Source of the DNA: an uncultured Gemmatimonadales bacterium
Lineage (GTDB): Bacteria > Gemmatimonadota > Gemmatimonadetes > Gemmatimonadales > Gemmatimonadaceae
DNA: 64,000 bases
Assembly: GCA_963850905.1 (NCBI GenBank)
Contig: CAWKMU010000003.1
Span: 64,001 to 128,000, forward strand
Direction: 5' to 3'
Position 1 is the first letter of the stretch. Every line of letters begins with the position of its first letter. A program made the position numbers and the translations under genes. The notes below the pieces were generated by a model that did not search any database, was not told the origin of the DNA, and worked only from the letters and a program-made list of their open reading frames with translations. Of the stretch, positions 18,992 through 28,235 are shown piece by piece.

Positions 18992-19456
18992 TTAATCCAT
19001 GGTTTTGACCCGTTCGATCAACTCGCGGTTGATCAAACGGACGCCACCGGCACTGTACAGCGTGAGGAACCGCTGCGCGTACCGGTTCAGATAGTCGAGT
19101 AAGCGTGGACGTTCAGCTGGCATCTCGAGATACAGCCGTCCAGCCCGCACCGTCCCGTCCCGGAGCGTCACCTCGACCCCCTCTGCGCGAACCACCGGCG
19201 CGACAGCCGCCTCCTGCCCCGTGTCGTCCGTGAACTCCACCTCGCGGACCTGATGCTTCGCAATGAGCAGCGTGTCCCCCGCCCGAACGAGCGGGAAGAA
19301 CGGCTCGGGGGCATTCAGGACGTCCGGAATCTCCTCGCTCCCAGTGTGATGCCGGGAAAACCGCTGCACGAACATCTCACCGTTCAATTGCTCGCCTCCC
19401 AACATCTGAAGCGACACAACACGGCGGTCTTTCTCGATGCGGAAGTCCGTCGTCAT
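18992..19456 (-). CDS. Hypothetical protein with internal duplication
   Basis: Two similar halves (V.L..G...G..F/Y...D.LN....F..L......I.+..I/V..V). Confidence 0.7.
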   Translation of the reverse strand: MTTDFRIEKDRRVVSLQMLGGEQLNGEMFVQRFSRHHTGSEEIPDVLNAPEPFFPLVRAGDTLLIAKHQVREVEFTDDTGQEAAVAPVVRAEGVEVTLRDGTVRAGRLYLEMPAERPRLLDYLNRYAQRFLTLYSAGGVRLINRELIERVKTMD

Positions 19457-19535
19457 GCCGGGCACGCTGTGAACGGTGATGGCACTGAACACGAACTAGA
19501 CGCCCGGCGGGGAGGGGGGGCAACGGTAGGGACCG

Positions 19536-19774
19536 GGTGACGGGTGACGGGTTTCGGGTAACGGCACCGTCACCTGCTATTCGGCGGGTAGGGGCGACGC
19601 AATGCGTCGCCCGCCGTTGGCAAACGCCGCACGCCGGCCGCGCGGCGCATTTGGAGAAAGGCCGATCACGGTGCACGGTGGACGGCCTTGGACCGGTAGG
19701 GGCGACGCTTTGCGTCGCCCGTTGTTGTCGTTGCGGTTGCCGTTCCTTGACCCCAGACCCCAAACCCCAGACCC
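19536..19774 (+). repeat. Composite repeat: heptamers, REP-A (19588-19612), REP-A (19696-19720), heptamers
   Basis: The left half matches 17191-17282 and the right half matches 59082-59167; (GACCCCA)n at 19749-19774. Confidence 0.85.
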
Positions 19775-19779
19775 GCCGT

Positions 19780-20781
19780 TTATTGGTGCAAATGCGCCTC
19801 GCGCTCAAACATCTCACGCCGCTCGAGCTGGATCGTCACGTGCTCGATGCCGAACAGCCGCATCGCATCGTGGATGTGCTCCAGGACATGCTGATGCCGG
19901 TCCGGCTCGCGGACGATCGCGTGCGCACTCATCGCGATCACTCCCGACGTCACCGTCCAGACGTGGAGATCATGGACCGACTCGATCCCGGGGATCGCCA
20001 CCAGCTGCATGCGAACGGCGCCGGTCGAGATGTGCGCTGGCGTCGACTCGAGCAGAATGTCGACCGACTCGCGGACGAGCCGCCACGCCCCACGCATGAT
20101 CAGGAGCGTCATCACGATCGACGCGATCGGGTCCGCCTCCGGCCGCCCGGCGACCCGTACGATCACCGCCGCGATCACCGTGCCCACGGACCCCAGCAGG
20201 TCACCGAGGACGTGGATGTACGCGCCGCGCATGTTGAGACTGCCGTGCGATCCCGCGTGTAGTACGTACGCCGACACGAGGTTCGTCGCGACGCTGGCCA
20301 GTGCCACGCCCAACATCAGACCGCTCGCGATCGGCTGCGGGTGCCGGATGCGGAGGATGGCCTCCGAGATGATCCACAGCGAGACGGCGAGCAGCGTGGC
20401 GCCGTTCAGGAACGCCGCTAGGATCTCCCAGCGTAGATAGCCGTAGGTTTTCTGCGGCGTCTCCGGCACGCGGCTGAACCAGACGACAAACAGCGAGAGC
20501 CCGAGCGCGGCGACATCGGTCAACATGTGGCCGGCGTCCGAGAGCAGCGCGAGCGAGTTGGCGAGCACACCGCCGATGACTTCCGCGACGAGAAAGACAG
20601 CCGTGAGCGTCAGCGCGATCTTGAGCCCGCGCGTGTCGCTGTCCGCTCCCAGATGGCGGTGCCCGACCCCTCCGCTATGCGAATGGCCATGGTCGTGGTG
20701 CTCGTGCCCGGCATCCCCGTCGTGGCCGCGCTTGCCGTCGGGCTCCCGGCCGGGCCCGCTACCGTGGTGGGACGCGGACAT
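19780..20781 (-). CDS. Cation diffusion facilitator (CzcD/ZitB-like) Zn/Co/Cd transporter
   Basis: His-rich N-terminus, SLALLSDAGHMLTD, HVLGDLLGS, HDLHVW. Confidence 0.93.
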   Translation of the reverse strand: MSASHHGSGPGREPDGKRGHDGDAGHEHHDHGHSHSGGVGHRHLGADSDTRGLKIALTLTAVFLVAEVIGGVLANSLALLSDAGHMLTDVAALGLSLFVVWFSRVPETPQKTYGYLRWEILAAFLNGATLLAVSLWIISEAILRIRHPQPIASGLMLGVALASVATNLVSAYVLHAGSHGSLNMRGAYIHVLGDLLGSVGTVIAAVIVRVAGRPEADPIASIVMTLLIMRGAWRLVRESVDILLESTPAHISTGAVRMQLVAIPGIESVHDLHVWTVTSGVIAMSAHAIVREPDRHQHVLEHIHDAMRLFGIEHVTIQLERREMFEREAHLHQ

Positions 20782-20799
20782 GGCTAGTACCTTCCGTTT

Positions 20800-22143
20800 G
20801 TGCTCGCCCGCGTACTGGCCGTCATAGCGCTCGTGTGCTTGAACGGGTTCTTCGTCGGCGCTGAGTTCGCGCTCGTTCGCTCGCGGCGCACACGCCTGGA
20901 GGCACGTGCGTCCGAGGGCGACCGCTTGGCCGCTTTGGCCTTCCGCGCTACATCTAACATCCCGCCTCTACTCTCGGCCAGCCAGTTGGGCGTCACACTC
21001 GCCAGCCTCGGCCTCGGCTGGGTCGCGCAATCGACGGTCGCGGGGTGGGTAGCGGAGGGCCTCGGGCACCTGCCGTGGGCCATCGAGATCCCGCTCAGGC
21101 TGACGATTGCGGCCGCCGTCGCGATCGCCGTTGTGACCTACCTCCACGTGGTGTTCGGCGAGTTGGCCCCCAAAGGCGCGGCCCTGCTCCACCCGGAGGC
21201 GCTGGCCCGCTGGCTCGTTCCGCCACTCATGGTCTGGGCCTGGCTCACCACACCGATCACCGCGCTCCTGAACAGGTCCGCGCAAGCCGTCCTCCGCACC
21301 GGGGGCCGCCCGCAGGACATGGGGCACGACAGCGTCCACTCGCCGGAGGAATTGCGTCTGCTCGTCGAGCAGGCCGAGGAGGGCGGCACGCTGGAGCGTC
21401 ATGACGCGGCAATGATCGACGCGGTGTTCGAGTTCTCGGAAAAGAGCGCACGCGAGGTGATGACGCCACGGACCGATATCGTCGCGCTGCCCAGCGACGC
21501 CTCCCTGGATGAGACCCTCGCCATTGTGCTGGATGGCGGCTTCTCGCGCTACCCCGTCTACACTGAGACAATCGACAATATCATCGGCATCCTGCTCGCC
21601 AAGGACCTCCTCCCCATTGTCGGAGAGCGCCCAGCGAACGTCACACCCGCCTCGATCATGCGTGCCGCCCACGTCATTCCAGCTTCGCGAGAGGTCGAGG
21701 ACGTCCTGGCGGACTTCAAGCGACTCAAGGACCACATGGCGATCGTCGTCGACGAGTACGGCGGCACGGCCGGCATTGTGACCATGGAAGACCTGCTGGA
21801 GGAAATCGTCGGCGAGATCCTCGACGAGTACGACGAGCCGCACGCGACAGCCCCGACCTCGACGCACGGTGAGCTGCTCGTCGCGGGAAGCACCAATATC
21901 GGAGAGCTCAATAGCCGCTACGAGCTCAAAGTGCCCGAGGAGGAGTTCACGACGATCGGCGGCTTCGTCTTCGGCGCGCTCGGGCGTCTCCCAGCAGTCG
22001 CCGACCGCGTCACCGCCGGCGGCGCGACGTTTACCGTCCGCGACATGGAAGGCCGGCGCGTCGAGACCCTGAGCATGGAGATCGTACCGGTGAGGGAAAA
22101 CTCAGGCTCCGAGATTGACGAAGGACAACGAGTCTCGGGTTAG
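20800..22143 (+). CDS. HlyC/CorC (CNNM + CBS + CorC) family protein
   Basis: LNGFFVGAEFALV, QLGVT, GELAPK, VMTPRTD, VDEYGGTAG. Confidence 0.93.
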   Translation: MLARVLAVIALVCLNGFFVGAEFALVRSRRTRLEARASEGDRLAALAFRATSNIPPLLSASQLGVTLASLGLGWVAQSTVAGWVAEGLGHLPWAIEIPLRLTIAAAVAIAVVTYLHVVFGELAPKGAALLHPEALARWLVPPLMVWAWLTTPITALLNRSAQAVLRTGGRPQDMGHDSVHSPEELRLLVEQAEEGGTLERHDAAMIDAVFEFSEKSAREVMTPRTDIVALPSDASLDETLAIVLDGGFSRYPVYTETIDNIIGILLAKDLLPIVGERPANVTPASIMRAAHVIPASREVEDVLADFKRLKDHMAIVVDEYGGTAGIVTMEDLLEEIVGEILDEYDEPHATAPTSTHGELLVAGSTNIGELNSRYELKVPEEEFTTIGGFVFGALGRLPAVADRVTAGGATFTVRDMEGRRVETLSMEIVPVRENSGSEIDEGQRVSG

Positions 22144-22175
22144 ACCCGCCGAAAATCTCACCGTCCCACCGACAT

Positions 22176-22199
22176 GTAGGGGCGGCCTTCAGGCCGCCC
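22176..22199 (+). repeat. REP family B palindrome
   Basis: GTAGGGGCGGCCTTCAGGCCGCCC. Confidence 0.85.
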
Positions 22200-22290
22200 G
22201 CCTCTTGCGGGTGGTCCTTGTCTCCCCTCTCCTTTCCGCGTTTCTCGTCTCTCGGGCGCGAAGCGCCCGCGGCCCCTGACCCCCCCGCAG

Positions 22291-23896
22291 CTATTGCCCC
22301 AGCACCACATGCGCCGGCCCACGCGGCAGCAACTCCGGCATGTTCGCCAGCTCGTACGCGTTCACCGCCATCACCGTAGCCGACCTGCTCCAGATCCTCG
22401 AGCACGATGTGGTCGTACGTGTCGGCCTGCGAGTGGTGCGTGTGGTTGTACCCGCGCGAGATCTGATCGTAGTTGAAGGCCGGCACGCCGTACGGCAGAA
22501 ATGAGAGGTGATCGGTGCCGGTCTTGTTCCGCACGCGCACGAGGAACGGGCCCAATGATCCAACGGGCGCAAACAACGACCGCCAGGTGTCGCGCAGGTC
22601 GTTGTGCCCCTGAAGCGAGATGCCCTCGACCCGCCCGGTCCCGTTGTCGACGACGAGGACGGCCTGATAGTTCTTGAGATCCCCCATGTGCCGCTCGGCG
22701 TACTGCTGTGAACCTAGGAGTCCCTCTTCCTCGCCGGTGAAGAGCGCAAACCGGATGGTGCGCGCGGGATGCACGCCAGCCGCCTTGAGAATGCGCGCGG
22801 CCTCCAGCACCGCGATCGCCCCCGCACCGTTGTCCGTCGCGCCAGTGCCCAGGTCCCACGAATCGAGGTGAGCGCCCAGCAGCACGACCTGGTCCGGCTG
22901 TGAGGTTCCGCGGATCTCGGCCAACGTGTTCGCGGCGTACACTGCGGTATCACCAAGGCTGTTGGCGATGTCCGCACGCAGGGTCGTACGGTTTCCATCG
23001 GCCAGGACCCGCTGCAGCATCGTGTACGTATCGTGCGGCAACACGACAAACGGCAGCGGGTACAGGACGCTCGGCGATCCGCTCATGGTGAGCAGCCCGA
23101 ACTCCTTCGCGCCGTCGCCCAGGATGCCCAGCGCACCGTCGTGCGCGAGCCGGGTGGCGAGCGTGGACCGAAAGTCGACGAGATCCGGGGAAGACGTCAG
23201 CGATGAGAAAGCCATCGCGGTGGAGTCCGCAGTCAACGTATCCGTCGCCGTCATGGGCGGTCCGTCGGAGTTCCAGACGAAGTTGGGACTGCGGGTCATG
23301 ACCCACTTGCCCTTCACCGCCGTCGTGAATTTCTGCTCGTACTCCGCGGGCGTGCGGGCGGTGAGATTGATCACGTCACCGGTCACCGGCCCGGCGGTCC
23401 CCGGCGCCCACGCCCACGAAGCGCCGAAGAGCTGTTGGGCGTGGGGCGCCAGCAGCGTCAGGGCAATCGGGCCCCGCTCCCACGGTCTGCCGAACCGCCA
23501 CAACTCGGTCCACGAACTGTCCATGCCGTATTCGTGAAACTTCCCGGCCGTCCACTCCGTGGCCCGCCGACTTCCCGGTGATCCCGTGAGGCGCGGCCCG
23601 ATGACGTCAGTCAAGTACTCGAGATCGACGCGCACGTGCGAGCGGTGCATGCCCTCTTCGTAGATCGCCCGCACGATGTTCGAGTCGGCCTTGACCGCGA
23701 GATGCAACTGCGCGACCGTCGCCGCCGTGTCAGCCACCGCCACCGTGGCCGGCGCACGTGCGCCAGCGGCGACGGGCACCGGCTGCTCGCCCGGCCGATG
23801 AATGGAACACCCAGCGATCGCCGCGATGACTCCCACTATCATCGCCCGCACTCGACCGCATACGGCCAGTCGTGGTCTACTTTCTACTTTCCGCAT
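22291..23896 (-). CDS. M28 family peptidase (carboxypeptidase Q-like); frameshift near 22385
   Basis: IGPRLTGS, GAHLDSWD, GATDNGAG, EEEGLLGS, GTDH, HH..ADT; C-terminus continues in the 22291 frame. Confidence 0.88.
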
Positions 23897-24810
23897 TTCT
23901 ACTCTCTCGGTCGCGCGCGCGAATGCGCCGCGCAATCTTCGCGCACAACAGCGTCGCGGCGATGAAGCTCGACGGATCGGCCAGGCCACGGCCAGCGATG
24001 TCGAGCGCCGTTCCATGGTCGGGAGAGGTCCGCGGAAATGGTAAGCCCAACGTCACGTTCACGGCCCGGCCAAACGACGCGACTTTGATGGCCGTCATGC
24101 CGACGTCGTGATACGGCGCGATGACGGCGTCGAACTCCCCGCGCATCGCCCGCACGAAGACGGTGTCGGCCGGAAACGGACCCATGATCTGCGCAGTGCG
24201 AGCCGCGGATGCGAGCAGTGTCGTGTCCTCGGTACCGAAGCGCCCGCCATCTCCCGCGTGGGGATTGAGGGCACAGAGCGCGATGCGGGGCTCGGCGATG
24301 CCAAACCACGCGCGCAACCCCTCGCGCGCAACCGTTGCAACGTCCACGATCGCCGACTCGGTCAGGGCGCGAGGGACATCGCGCAGTGGCAGGTGAGTCG
24401 TCGCCAGCACGACGCGCAGCTCGTCGGACGCAAGCATCATGGCGACCCGGTGGTTCGTCAGCGCGGCCAGCATCTCCGTGTGGCCAGGGTAGTCGTACCC
24501 TGCCGGCCAGAAGTGCGGCTTTGTCGATGGGCGCCGTCACGATGCCGTCCACCTGATCGGCTTGCGCGAGCACGACCGCGCGCTCGATCGCTCGACCGCC
24601 CAACGCACCCGCGAGTACGGCGCTGTCGCCCGCCTGCCAGGCGCCGACGACTTCCTGCACGTCGACGCCGCAGCCGGTCGGTCCGACGATCGTGAGCTCG
24701 GTCGCCTCACGCACCGCGGCGTCTGCACTTGCTGCCCGCACGATCTCCGGCCCGATGCCGCGCGGATCGCCGAGGGTGACGGCGAGTCGGACGCGACGCT
24801 GCGCGCCCAC
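23877..24810 (-). CDS. pdxA: 4-hydroxythreonine-4-phosphate dehydrogenase; frameshift near 24500
   Basis: TLGDPRGIGPE and TAPIDK in one frame; TTHLPL, NPHAG, YHD and RTSPDHGTA in another. Confidence 0.9.
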
Positions 24811-24826
24811 GTCCCGACTCGCGGTG

Positions 24827-26470
24827 TTAGATCCTGATTTCGACGTACGTCTCTTTCCGGAGTGCATCGAGCAGGCGCGCGACTGCCCGCTCGTCCGCGA
24901 GTTGATCGCGAATCTTTTCGCGCCAGTCGGACACCGTGTACTGGCCACCGTTGTCCGAGGTCAGGATCTGGGCGATGACGTACTTGGCGTGGCCGGTGCC
25001 TCGATCAATGATCGCGAACGCCGAGACGTAGTCCCCCGCGACCTTGCCCGCAAACGCGCTGGAGTACGATGCCGGCAGGGAATCCCGCGGGAACGGTTGC
25101 AGGCTTCCCTTCTCCTCGTTGGCATCGTGGTAGCGCACCACGAGCGTGTCGAAGTTCGCACCAGCCTTCCAGAGCGCGAGCACACTGTCGGCCAGCTTGT
25201 GCGCCGCGACCACGTCGCCGCTGTCGATTTTCCAGCGAATGAGAATGTGACTCGCGTTCACTTCCGCGGGCTTGCGGCGATCCACCCGTATAATGTGGTA
25301 GCCGAAGACGGTCTCGATAACCGGGCTGAGCTGCCCAGGCGCGAGCGCGAACATCCACCGATCGAACTCAGGCACCATGTTGCCGCGCCGATTCCAGCCC
25401 AGGTCACCGCCCTGCTCCTTCGTGGTCTGGTCCATCGACTCGCGCTTCGCGACCTGCGCAAACTGCTCCGCGTCAGACCCGTTCTTCTTCAACTCTGCGA
25501 GGATGGAGTCCGCCTTCGCTTTCGCCGCCGCCTTCGCTTCCGGCGTCGGCTTGGGCGTAATCACGATCTGACGAAAGGTCACCGTAGCCGGGCGCTGCGG
25601 GAGCTTGTCCTTGGTCGTGTTGAACGCATTGTTGATGTCCTTCTCGCTCACACCGACCGGGATCAGCTTGCCGTCTTCCTTGATCTTCTGGATGACTTTG
25701 CGCTGCAGCTCCTGGCGCTTCTGGTTGTCGACGAGCGTCTTCCGATACTCTTCGACGTTCCCGAAGCCGGCCTTCTTCAACGCCGCGCGGAATTCCTGAT
25801 CGGACGAGAAATTCGCGCGCACGCGCTTGATCTGCTCATCCACAGCGGGCGCGACGTCATCGTCGGTGACCTCGACCTTGAGGTCTTTCGCCTTCTGCAC
25901 CAGCAGCTCTTCGTTGATGAGCTCATTCACGACGCTGCGGGCAACTTCCATCTGGCCCGCGGAATCGTTTGGCACGGACAACCCTTGCGAGCGCTCGACA
26001 TTGACCCGTTCGAGGACCTCACTCCAGAGAATCGGCTCGTCGCCCACGACGGCCGCCACCCGGTCCAGCGGGACGGTCACGGTCGCGGGATAGAGCAACT
26101 CCAGCCGCTTGATGTTCTCCAGAGAGTCTTGCTTGAGCTCATCCGGCGTCTTGGCAACGGTCGCCCCGGGCGCTGCATCGGCCGGCTTCGGCGGAGCGAG
26201 CTTTGGCACGCTGTCGGCGGCAATGGTTCCGGCGACCGGCGCCTGTGTCGTAATGGTCATGACCCGTCCGCCGGATGCCACGGCGGGCGCAGCAGTCGTG
26301 TCCGCAGGGTGCCCAGCCCCTGCCGTGATTCCGGACTGCGCAGCCGCTTTGGCTCCCGCGACCGAGTCTGCAGGAGCAGCCCCGGTGGCAGCAGCTTGCG
26401 CGGACGCCGCGCCGGCGACGACGACCGTCGCGGCCGCAGCAAGCATTACGGCAGCGGCCCACCTCGTCAT
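24827..26470 (-). CDS. surA: SurA-like chaperone/parvulin PPIase (start uncertain)
   Basis: DRVAAVVGDEPIL SurA N-domain, GGDLGW..MVPEF and HILI rotamase motifs; upstream of pdxA. Confidence 0.85.
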   Translation of the reverse strand: MTRWAAAVMLAAAATVVVAGAASAQAAATGAAPADSVAGAKAAAQSGITAGAGHPADTTAAPAVASGGRVMTITTQAPVAGTIAADSVPKLAPPKPADAAPGATVAKTPDELKQDSLENIKRLELLYPATVTVPLDRVAAVVGDEPILWSEVLERVNVERSQGLSVPNDSAGQMEVARSVVNELINEELLVQKAKDLKVEVTDDDVAPAVDEQIKRVRANFSSDQEFRAALKKAGFGNVEEYRKTLVDNQKRQELQRKVIQKIKEDGKLIPVGVSEKDINNAFNTTKDKLPQRPATVTFRQIVITPKPTPEAKAAAKAKADSILAELKKNGSDAEQFAQVAKRESMDQTTKEQGGDLGWNRRGNMVPEFDRWMFALAPGQLSPVIETVFGYHIIRVDRRKPAEVNASHILIRWKIDSGDVVAAHKLADSVLALWKAGANFDTLVVRYHDANEEKGSLQPFPRDSLPASYSSAFAGKVAGDYVSAFAIIDRGTGHAKYVIAQILTSDNGGQYTVSDWREKIRDQLADERAVARLLDALRKETYVEIRI

Positions 26471-26664
26471 GCGCGGTGGTCGATGCGCGTAACCTGAGCG
26501 TCCCCAATCGCTTACCTTATACGTTCTCATGACGCCCCCTTCGCGCAACTCTGGCCGCGAGGTCGTGTGCAGACTGTCCGATTGACGGCGGCCGGCGGAT
26601 GGATCGATACCCTCGCCGAACGGTCTGTACCCCAACGCCCCGCCCTGGTTTCCGCCTCTAGTTC

Positions 26665-28188
26665 TTAGTGAGTACCCGGCGGAGGCGCGCCACCAGGCGG
26701 GGCGCCGGATGAGCCCGGACCACTGGGCGCCGGAGCGGCCCCCGGTGCACGGGGAGCAGGTCCACCAGGCCCACCAGGCAGCGGCACAGCCGATGGCGGC
26801 GCCTTCGCCGCCCGCGTCGAGTCGCTCTTCTTACGGATGTCGGCAGCTTGCGTGACGGCACGGTCGACGCCCGCCTCGTTGATCTCGGACGAGTAGGTCG
26901 ATCGCAGCGCCTGGTCAACTGGTTGCGCCACGTCGACGTAGCGCGCCTGCATCGCCACCATGCGCTTGAGGTAGTCGTCCACGCGCGCGGCGGCGATCCG
27001 GTCGCGGCCCGCGGCGGTCTTCGAGCTGTCCGCGAGTTCCTTGGGATCGATGCCCAGCTGCGTCCAGGCGTTCGTGATGAGCTGTACGTACGTCTGCCGG
27101 ATTGTGCTCATCTCGGCCGAGTCGAGCTTGACGCCAGCACTGTCGGCCTGACGGACCACCATCTCGTTCCTGACCACGTTGCGCACGAACACCGGAATCT
27201 GGCTGTCCGGCGCCGCATCCAGCTGTGCGCGCATCTGGGGCGGGAAGAGGCCCATCCACCGTGCCAACCGCGCCGCGGTGAAGTTGCCGCCGGCGTACGT
27301 GGCGATCGCGGTCTCGTCGGTCTTGTGCGCGTCGGGATCTTTGGTCACGGCACGCACGGTCGCGGCACCCGACGGCAGGAACTTGTAGTGCGACGCCGAG
27401 TCGACCCGGGTGATGTATTCGCTCTCCGCTTTCTGCATGCCCGCCTGTCCCAGCTTCCGCGCCACATCGTCGTGCGCTTCCGCATAAGTCGGCCGATAGA
27501 TCAGGTGCCAGCCAAATTGCGTGCGCACCGGTTGCGAGATCTCACCAGGCTTGAGCGTGACCAGCGCCTGTTCGAACGGCGCGACCATCTGACCGTGATC
27601 GAATGCGCCCAAATCGCCGCCGTGTTGGGCCGACCCGGGATCCTTGCTGTTCTTCTGCGCCACGGTCGCAAAGTTCGCCGGTGTCAGGCCGACGCGGAGC
27701 GCGACCGCTTTGCGCCGCACCGAGTCCACCGCCCCGGACGAGGTGTCGCCCTGCGGTGTCGTCAAGAGAATGTGTCGGGCGACCAGTACCTTGCCACTCG
27801 CGTACGCGGCCGCGTATCCCGCCGTGTCGTCACCTGACCACGTCTTGGACACTTGATCGAACCACTTCTTCGCGCGCGCGTTCGTCTCCATCCCCCACAA
27901 CGCTGAGTCCATCGTTTGCCGCGAATTGAGCGAGTCGTCCTGGGCGGCAGCGTGACCGAGCAGTTGGTAGTCCACCCAAATCATGGCCAGCTGGTGAACG
28001 AACTCCCGGTCCGTGGGCAGTCGCGAATCGCCAACCAGGGTCGAGAGACGATCGACCGACAACTCCTGCGGGCCTGCGCGAGCGACGACATCGACGTGCG
28101 CGGTCATCGCGTCCTTGAAACCTTTGCACCCGGCAAGGGCAGCGAAGGTGACGGTAGCAGCGGCCAGGAGGATGGAAGGACGTGGCAT
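26665..28188 (-). CDS. Lipoprotein parvulin-type PPIase
   Basis: LAGC lipobox; ARHILL, SKDPGSA..GGDLG, MVAPFE, T.FGWHLI. Confidence 0.85.
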   Translation of the reverse strand: MPRPSILLAAATVTFAALAGCKGFKDAMTAHVDVVARAGPQELSVDRLSTLVGDSRLPTDREFVHQLAMIWVDYQLLGHAAAQDDSLNSRQTMDSALWGMETNARAKKWFDQVSKTWSGDDTAGYAAAYASGKVLVARHILLTTPQGDTSSGAVDSVRRKAVALRVGLTPANFATVAQKNSKDPGSAQHGGDLGAFDHGQMVAPFEQALVTLKPGEISQPVRTQFGWHLIYRPTYAEAHDDVARKLGQAGMQKAESEYITRVDSASHYKFLPSGAATVRAVTKDPDAHKTDETAIATYAGGNFTAARLARWMGLFPPQMRAQLDAAPDSQIPVFVRNVVRNEMVVRQADSAGVKLDSAEMSTIRQTYVQLITNAWTQLGIDPKELADSSKTAAGRDRIAAARVDDYLKRMVAMQARYVDVAQPVDQALRSTYSSEINEAGVDRAVTQAADIRKKSDSTRAAKAPPSAVPLPGGPGGPAPRAPGAAPAPSGPGSSGAPPGGAPPPGTH

Positions 28189-28235
28189 TGAAGGATGGTG
28201 AAAGAGTAAGCGAACGGACTGAACCGCCCGCTGCC

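Noticed and set aside
23877..24810. Programmed frameshifting or pseudogene status for pdxA and the other split genes
   Set aside because: I saw no slippery heptamer or stimulator, and similar breaks are scattered across unrelated genes, so sequencing error is more parsimonious
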